From positions 1 through 15,490 of the forward strand of contig NW_021825498.1 of assembly GCF_006345805.1 (NCBI RefSeq): 15,490 nucleotides of DNA, written 5' to 3'. The DNA is from Octopus sinensis (lineage: Eukaryota). Shown here one piece after another: positions 9,045-15,490 of the stretch. How positions within the stretch are numbered: position 1 is the first letter of the stretch; every line of letters begins with the position of its first letter. The notes beneath the pieces are model-generated. The model worked only from the letters and a program-made list of their open reading frames with translations, did not search any database and was not told the DNA's origin. Both the position numbers and the translations under genes were made by a program.

Positions 9045-12000
9045 TTGTATACGTACATATTCGGCATAAACACTCTACCACTACAACTAATAACTGTTGG
9101 GAACACTTTCAAACCTGCCTTACATTTGAACCGGAATCTAAACGCCCAAGATTTCCATCTGAAGTTAATCTCTCTCATAGAGCTCGTACAAAAAGGGCAA
9201 GTCTTTGGGCCCATACAATGTGACATGTACACAATCGAGTGACAAAAAAGGGGCCTTCCACATGCTCATATCCTGCTTTGGCTCTCAGCGAAGATCAATT
9301 CCAATGACATCGACAAGATAATCTCTGCAGAGCTTCCCGATCCAGCTTTAGACAAAGAGCTGTACGAAATAGTTAAAGCAAACATGGTACATGGTCCATG
9401 TGGGCGTGGATTCAATATAAACACACCATGCTTGAGGGACAGCATATGTTCAAAAAGATTTCCAAGGAGGTTCCTACAAGAAACTCAGACAGGTGCTGAT
9501 GGGTATCCATCATATAGACGCAGAAAACCAGAAGACGGAGGTTTCACAGCAACTATCGGACAGCACGATATTGATAATAGATGGATTGTTCCATACTGCC
9601 CACTCCTGTCAAAGACTTTCAATGCCCACATCAACGTTGGGTTTTCCAACTCCATTAAATCCATCAAGTACGTTTGAAAATATGTAAACAAGGGTTCCGA
9701 CGCTGCAATGTTTGGACTTCAACAAGAATACTGCAAGGATGAGGTGACGCATTATCAGGTGGGGCGGTACATAAGTAGCAACGAGGGTTTCTGGCGAATC
9801 TTTGGATTTCCAATTCACCAACGACACCCCGCCATTCAACAGCTTGCAGTGCACCTGGAAAATGGTCAAAGAGTGTACTTCACCGATGCTAATGCTTCCT
9901 TGTTGGCAGAGGAACTAAGGGATAGTACACTCACTGCATTCTTCAAGCTTTGTCAAGAGGATCCATTCGCTCAAACTTTGCTGTATCCACAGATTCCATC
10001 GTACTACACTTGGAATGGAAAAAAATGGCCCCACGGAAAGCAGGTAAAATGTTCATGGATACCCTGGCATTAAGTTTTACACTTACCTTTGGCGAGTATA
10101 CACAGTGCATCCCACTCAACAAGAGTGCTTCTACCTTCGTCTACTATTGTATGAAGTCAGAGGGCCAACGTCTTTCCAGGCCCCAAAACCGTTCATGGAC
10201 ATGTCTGCACAATATACAGAGAAGCCGGCTATCGTCAAGGTCTGTTAGAAGATGGTGCACAATGGGATACAACTTTAGGAGAGGCTGCTTTATCACAATC
10301 ACCTAAAAGTCTCAGGGCACTATTTGCAGTATTACTACAGGCATGCGAACTGTGTGATCCGGCCACTCTATGGCTCAAATATATTGACAATCTGGCTGAA
10401 GACTTTCAGCGCCAAGCTCAAGTGTTCTCTCCTGACATGCAGGGTATCAGCAATTAAATCTATAACAAAACACTCATTGACATTGAATACAGAATTGCTA
10501 AGCTGGGTGGAAAGGAATTGTCGACGTATCGCCTGTCACAAGCATTCAGGTCAGGATCAAATAGCCTTCCCACTGCTGTCATTCGTGAAACAACCTACGA
10601 CACTCAAGTGCTTTCAAAGTACATTGTTGAAAATGAGCCTAAACTACTTCCGGACCAGCTGCAGGCCTACAGAACTATTCTTAACAGTGTACGCCAACGC
10701 GAGGGACGAATCTTCTTCCTCGATGCTCCTGAAGGGACAGGAAAAAATTTATTACAAAGCTTTTCCTTGCAGAAGTTAGGCAGCATCAGGATATTGCAGT
10801 AGCTGTAGCCTCCTCTGGCATTGCAGCTACTTTGTTACCCGGTGGCAGGACAGCACACTCAACTTTTAAACTCCCTCTGAATTTAGCAGTATCCGAAATG
10901 TCTTCATGCAACATCAACAAAAGCTCAGATCAGGGACAAGTACTTAAAATGTGTCATCTAATTGTCTGGGATGAGTGCACTATGGCTCACAAGGGAGCTT
11001 TGGAAGCATTAGAGCCCTGAAAGACATCTGAGATTGTCAGGTTCCAATGGGAGGTGTAACGCTGCTGTTGTCAGGTGATTTCAGGCAAACTCTTCCTGTC
11101 ATTCCGAAATGCACTAGAGCAGATGAAGTCCAAGCATGCCTAAAGTCCTCTACCCTGTGGCATCATGTTACAATCCTCAGCCTCATCACTAACATGAGAG
11201 CTCAGCTACACGGCGACAAAATGTCCACAAAGTTTGCACAGGACATTTTGACACTTGGTGAAGGAAATATGTCTCTCGATGCTGCAGGACAAATGGAAGT
11301 GTGGTCATTTTCCTCTGTTGTTAATTCTGTAGATGACCTCAAAAACAAAGTCTTTACCAACTTCACACAAAACTACCAAAATCACAATTGGCTGTGTGAA
11401 AGAGCAATATTAGCTCCAAAAAACATCGCTGTTAACAAAATTAATCAACAGCTAATGTATTCTCTTCCCGGCACTATACACACTCACAAGCCTGTTGATA
11501 CAATTCCAGAAATAAATGAAGTTGTGAACTACCCTCCTGAATTTCTCAATTCGCTGGAGCCTCCTGGACTACCTCCACACATATTAGCACTTAAAGCTGG
11601 AACTCCTGTAATGCTACTCCGCAATCTGAAACAACTAAGACTTTGCAATGGAACGCGACTGGTGATAAAGAAAATGATGTCACACGTTATCGAGGCGATC
11701 ATTCTTTCTGGATGTGGAAAAGGTGGTGACGTCTTTATTCCAAGAATTCCTCTTACTCCATCAGGAGCAGAAATTCCATTTACATTCAGAAGACTGCAAT
11801 TTCCCCTTCGTGATAGCTTTGCCATGTCCATTAACATATCCCAGGGTCAAACCCTCTCTGTCGCTGGTCTTGTCTTGGAAGAGCCCTGCTTCTCGCATGG
11901 GCAACTGTATGTTGGCTGCTCAAGAGTAGGAACCAAAAGAAAGCCTTTTGTATATGCTCCACAAGGAAAAAACAAGGAACAAGGTTTACAACAAGGTGTT

Positions 12001-12187
12001 ATAATCTCAACAGCCAGGAGGTATATATTTGATCCCCTTTTTTTAACAAGCTTCATGTACTTTCATGTATTTATATTAATATACATATATGTGTGTCTGC
12101 GTGTGTGTGTGTATCCATATATATGTAACAGAAAAATCTAATTCTTCAATTGAATGAAACCGGGTTAACGCCGGGTATCTCTGTTAG
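9045..12187 (+). mobile_element. Decayed autonomous-type Helitron, 5'-truncated, with 3' hairpin terminus
   Basis: It contains the RepHel remnant. The 3' end ACCGGG-TTAACG-CCGGGT (12159-12176) is followed by TTAG|T (12184-12188), a one-base variant of CTAG. The 5' boundary is uncertain. Confidence 0.8.
9130..12004 (+). pseudogene. Helitron RepHel (HUH endonuclease + PIF1-family helicase) pseudogene
   Basis: Rep motif 2 is E*QKRGLPHAHILLW (HAH 9261-9269) and motif 3 is KYV*KYVNKG. Helicase motifs are APEGTGK (10725-10745), SSGIAATLLPGGRTAHS, WDEC (10967-10978), GDFRQTLPV, ERAILAPKN, LCNGTRL, FAMSINISQGQTL and FSHGQLYVGCSRV. In-frame TGA stops occur at 9240, 9675 and 11029, along with several frameshifts. 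Confidence 0.95.
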
Positions 12188-12236
12188 TATATTATCTATC
12201 TATCTATTAATATATATATATATCTATATATATATC

Positions 12237-12268
<32 letters not shown>

Positions 12269-12313
12269 CTGTATGATATATATGTACATATGTAGCTGAA
12301 TGTTTGATTATAT

Positions 12314-12344
<31 letters not shown>

Positions 12345-12384
12345 CTGTATGAATATATATGTACATATGTATGCCTGTATGTAT
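12188..12384. repeat. TA-rich microsatellite with a ~75-bp imperfect tandem duplication
   Basis: (TA)n-CTGTATGA-TATATATGTACATATGTA occurs twice (~12241-12293 and ~12317-12371). Confidence 0.85.
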
Positions 12385-12582
12385 GTATTTGTGTATCCAT
12401 CATCGCTTGCCACCGATCTAAGTGTGTTACGTCCCCGTAACTTAGCGGTTCGGCCAAAGACCCGATAGAATAAGTACTAGATTAGAAAGCATAAACCCTA
12501 GGGTCAATTTAGTTGACTTAAGCCGTGCTGACCAACCTGGTCGCTGACAAATGGCTGAAACAAGTAAAAGGAATAAAGAATA
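12385..12582 (+). mobile_element. Tail half of the bipartite SINE (partner of head 8806-8938)
   Basis: TTACGTCCCCGTAACTTAGCGGTTCGGC...CCGATAGAATAAGTAC...GCTGAAACAAGTAAAAG aligns with the reverse complement of 4195-4400. Confidence 0.85.
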
Positions 12583-12741
12583 TATATGTATAATGTGGTA
12601 AAGTGACACACACATTGATGTGTTCAAGGAAAATAAGACAACGAAGAAAACTCTAAAAAAATGTTATCATGAAATTCATTTTGTAACAGTTAGTACTTGT
12701 TTCTGTCTTTTCGACATATTTTACTAAGAGTAAAATAAAGG

Positions 12742-12946
12742 TTCTCTTATTCTTTAAATGGTTTCAGTCATTTGTTTGCGGCCGTGCTGGAGCACCTCTT
12801 TTAGTTGAGCAAATCGATCCCAGCAATTGACCTTTGTTAGCCTAGTACTTATTCTATCAGTTTCTTTTGCCGAACCACTAAGTTACGGGGACGAAAACAC
12901 ACCATTATCGGTTGTCAATCGATGTTGGAGGTACAAACAAACAAAC
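12742..12946 (-). mobile_element. Tail half of the bipartite SINE, minus strand (partner of head 15207-15335)
   Basis: TTTCAGTCATTTG...GTACTTATTCTATC...TTTTGCCGAACCACTAAGTTACGGGGACG...TCGGTTGTCAA aligns directly with 4195-4400. Confidence 0.88.
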
Positions 12947-13032
12947 ACGCACACACACACACACACACAACACACACACACACACACACACACGAATAAT
13001 ATATATTATATATAATATATATATATATATAT
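12947..13032. repeat. (CA)n(TA)n microsatellite (internal tract of the split minus-strand SINE)
   Basis: Directly visible. Confidence 0.95.
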
Positions 13033-14150
13033 CGGATGACAGTCGAGAAATATGGAAACACCTTCGTCACCTTATCCATAACAACTGGAAAAGATACCTC
13101 GATGACTGTTTCATCATCTGGGACAAAGGCATAGAGAAGCTTGAGGAATTTAAAATTCTATTAATGGAATAAATGACAATATACAATTCACGATGGACCA
13201 CAACGAAAAGAATTACCATTTTTAGACATCCTCATTAAGAAAACCGGCAACAAAATAGAGACAGATATCTATTATAAACCGACAGACTCTAAACAGTACC
13301 TACCCTTTGATTCATGCACCCACGACACACTAGAATGAATGTCCCTTTTTGTTTAGCTAGAAGGATTTGCACCATAATATCAGACACAAACACCCGACAC
13401 ACACACGTCTCCAGGAACTTAGAACCACACTCACAATAGAAACTATCCACAGCCCCTAATAGACAGTGCAATCCAACGGGTACTTAAATTAAGTATAGAA
13501 GACCTGAGACAAACAAAACCAAAAAAGAAAGAACAATTAAAAACCCTTCCCTACATCTCTACACGCAACCCACTCAACAATGAGGCCTTCAACCCCATAC
13601 TACAAAGCACAGCCCTACTAAAGGGAGACCCAAAGATGAACCGGATCCTCGAAACACACACCATCATTAAAAGTAAACGGCAACCAAAATCCTTGAAAAG
13701 GATTTTAACCCAAGCTACACTGCACTCAACATCAACCACAAAACCAGCAGTTAGAAAATGTGGAAGGCCCAACTGCGGAATCTGTGTCATCTTGAAAGAA
13801 GGATCAGAATTTATACGGAACAAGGCCACCAGTTCACCATAGAACAAACTTCACCTGCGCATCAGAAAACTTAATTTACGTCATAACATGCGCAGGCTGC
13901 AATAGGCAGTATATAGGCCATACAAAAAATAGCTTACGTAACAGGATGGCGGTGCATAAATCACAAATTAGAAACCCTGATTACCGCAAAATACCGGTCA
14001 GCGGACACATAGATAGATGTGCTGGAAATGTAAATCCGAAATTTACAACTAACCCGCTCTATAAATTCAGTGACAACGCAACCTTCACACAACGCCAAGA
14101 TAAAGAACTATATTTCATAAAAAATTAGACCAAGTTTAACACCCTGGGCC
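13033..14150 (+). pseudogene. Penelope-like RT (motif C to thumb) + Cys-rich linker + GIY-YIG endonuclease, frameshifted
   Basis: RYLDDCF (YLDD 13095-13106), LPFLDILI, IYYKPTDSKQYL and CGRPNCGIC are present. NLIYVITCAGCNRQYIGHTKNSLRNRMAVH spans 13868-13957. Frameshifts occur near 13165, 13318, 13436, 13830-13842 and 14122. Confidence 0.93.
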
Positions 14151-14320
14151 AGGAATACTAAAACAAAAGTCCTCCGAAAAGGAGAACCAAATTTCACCAC
14201 GGCCGCTACTTCAAACAGACACTCACTCTGACGGAAATATGCCTTAGTAAAAAGGAAAAAAATTCTTTCGTGCAAATCTGACCCTGATACATACGATACA
14301 GCTAAGGGTCAGACCCGATT

Positions 14321-14693
14321 CTGATTGGTCAACAAGTTGATGACATCCAGCTCTGCTAGAATGGACAGGATACAAACAGGGGACAGTCATTAGTCAGAAT
14401 ATTGATGACGTCCTTTTCTGCTTGAATAGTCACCTAACAAGTACAGACAGGGGGCAGATCTAATGTAGCTATAAGTCGTGATTGGGCAGAATCTGGATGA
14501 CGTCCCGCTATGCTTGACTAACGAAGCGACTGGTCAAGACAGGAAACAAACAAGAGGAGTTATAATGCAGCGATTGGTCAAAATAATGATGACGTCCCGT
14601 TCCACTTGATTAAAGCCACCTAACGAAACGATTGGTCAAAACATTGATGACGTCACGCTACGCTAGATTGACCACCTAACAGGCATTATAAAA
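14321..14693 (+). promoter_or_regulatory. Array of five inverted-CCAAT + CRE modules followed by a TATA box
   Basis: ATTGG-type starts are at 14324, 14389 (ATTAG), 14481, 14573 and 14631. TGAC(G/A)TC starts are at 14341, 14406, 14498, 14590 and 14648, each exactly 17 bp later. TATAAAA is at 14687-14693. Function is inferred. Confidence 0.65.
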
Positions 14694-15015
14694 CCGAGCA
14701 TTTCACAAAAACCCACTAGAACCACCCAGCGAACTTCCACCATGGGTCATCACAATTGCTTAAGGTAAAAATGAATTCCTCGCTCTTTCGGAAACATCAA
14801 TCTTCTGTATTGACCGCTTTCCACCACTTGATCTGTTTTTTGTATTGAATACGTATCGCCACCGTGGGCCACTGCATCGAACACTTTGAACATATACTTC
14901 AAACTATATATCAACTATACATGAACTATATATCAACTATACATGAACTCTAAGATGTCTGACTCCGTTGTGTATTATAAATGAATTTCTTGTGTTTGAC
15001 GGCATGAGCTGTCTC

Positions 15016-15084
15016 TTTTTATATATAACTTTTTTTGATAAGGTTCATTTCAGGAACTGAAACATGTTAATGTATATATAAAAA
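15016..15084 (+). ncRNA. Degenerate minimal type I hammerhead ribozyme in the Penelope-like tail
   Basis: Core TTGATAA (15035-15041; consensus CTGANGA), stem II GGTTC/GAACT, GAAA (15059-15062), palindromic ACATGT stem III and a GTT cleavage triplet. A distal 12-bp stem I pairs 15016-15027 with 15073-15084. Confidence 0.6.
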
Positions 15085-15134
15085 TTAAAAATTGTTTAAT
15101 ACAGCAGCATTTTCGAACCTCATTTTTTACAAAT

Positions 15135-15206
15135 ATATATTATATATTATATATTATATACTATATATATAGGGTAATATATATATATATATATAATATA
15201 CTATAT
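15135..15206. repeat. TA-rich microsatellite (other side of the PLE insertion site)
   Basis: Directly visible. Confidence 0.9.
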
Positions 15207-15335
15207 TTACGGCAGCTTCTTAGTTTTACGCTCCCAAATCCCACTCACAGGCCTTGGTCGGAACGAGGCTATAGTAGAATACAACTTGCCCAATGTGCAA
15301 CGCAGTGGGACTGAACCGGTAAATTTGTTGGTAGG
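15207..15335 (-). mobile_element. Head half of the bipartite SINE, minus strand (partner of tail 12742-12946)
   Basis: TACGGCAGCTTCTTAG...CCAAATCCCACTCACAGGCCTTGGTCGG...GGCTATAGTAGAA...GCAGTGGGACTGAACC aligns directly with 4436-4560. Confidence 0.85.
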
Positions 15336-15490
15336 GTATAAATTAAGAAGAAGAAAATTAAATCGAAGCAAAATTAAATTAAATGAAGAGAAAGTGCGAG
15401 AAAAAAGGAAATGTCTTACTATTTGAAGATTAATGACATATTTTGCAACAACATTTCATTTACTTTTTCTTCGATTTAATTGGCTTTCTG

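Larger units (their letters stand above)
13033..15134 (+). mobile_element. Penelope-like element, 5'-truncated, with 3' terminal (pLTR-like) region
   Basis: An RT C-terminal part and GIY-YIG endonuclease are followed by ~1 kb of non-coding tail with promoter motifs and a hammerhead-like motif. It is flanked on both sides by (TA)n. Confidence 0.85.

Noticed and set aside
11529-12056. Minus-strand ORFs over the helicase (also 9485-9869, 13289-13847)
   Set aside because: These are antisense shadows of RepHel or Penelope-like coding sequence with no motifs of their own.
11970-12141. C-terminal 56 aa of the 364-aa ORF
   Set aside because: It is produced by a +1 frameshift. Helicase homology ends at TAA 12002-12004 in another frame.
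7787-12187. One ancestral autonomous Helitron running from the TC at 7787 to the TTAG at 12187
   Set aside because: The RepHel part sits inside a split SINE (8806-12582), which points to a separate later insertion. A secondary composite using these two ends is not excluded but has no support.
14321-14655. CRISPR-like repeat-spacer array
   Set aside because: The repeats are degenerate with irregular period, the context is eukaryotic, and there are no cas genes. They are better explained as transcription-factor site modules.
14902-14945. 22-bp tandem duplication AACTATATATCAACTATACATG x2
   Set aside because: It is a local slippage duplication within the element tail.

Overview
This is AT-rich, microsatellite-dense eukaryotic (animal) genomic DNA, not a prokaryotic locus. 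The SINE families resemble those I recall from octopus/coleoid cephalopod genomes; that taxon is an inference. Left third: the 3' end of an adhesion-type (family B-like) GPCR gene on the + strand. Its two phase-compatible exons (766-838, 2265-2623) encode TM4-TM7, and a probable terminal exon lies at 5408-5460. The introns carry tRNA-derived SINEs, a 200-bp foldback palindrome and a decayed mariner. Remainder: a nested transposon cluster. It holds two tandem related non-autonomous Helitrons (6036-7729, 7787-~8720) carrying a decayed foreign reading frame. A + strand SINE is split by a decayed Helitron Rep/PIF1-helicase (~9045-12187), and a - strand SINE of the same family is split by a Penelope-like element (RT + GIY-YIG). 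The Penelope-like tail has five fixed-spacing CCAAT/CRE modules, a TATA box and a degenerate minimal hammerhead ribozyme. No intact transposase, no true tRNA/rRNA gene and no CRISPR array was found. Most short ORFs in the supplied track are microsatellite or antisense artefacts. All alignments were made by eye and no databases were searched.
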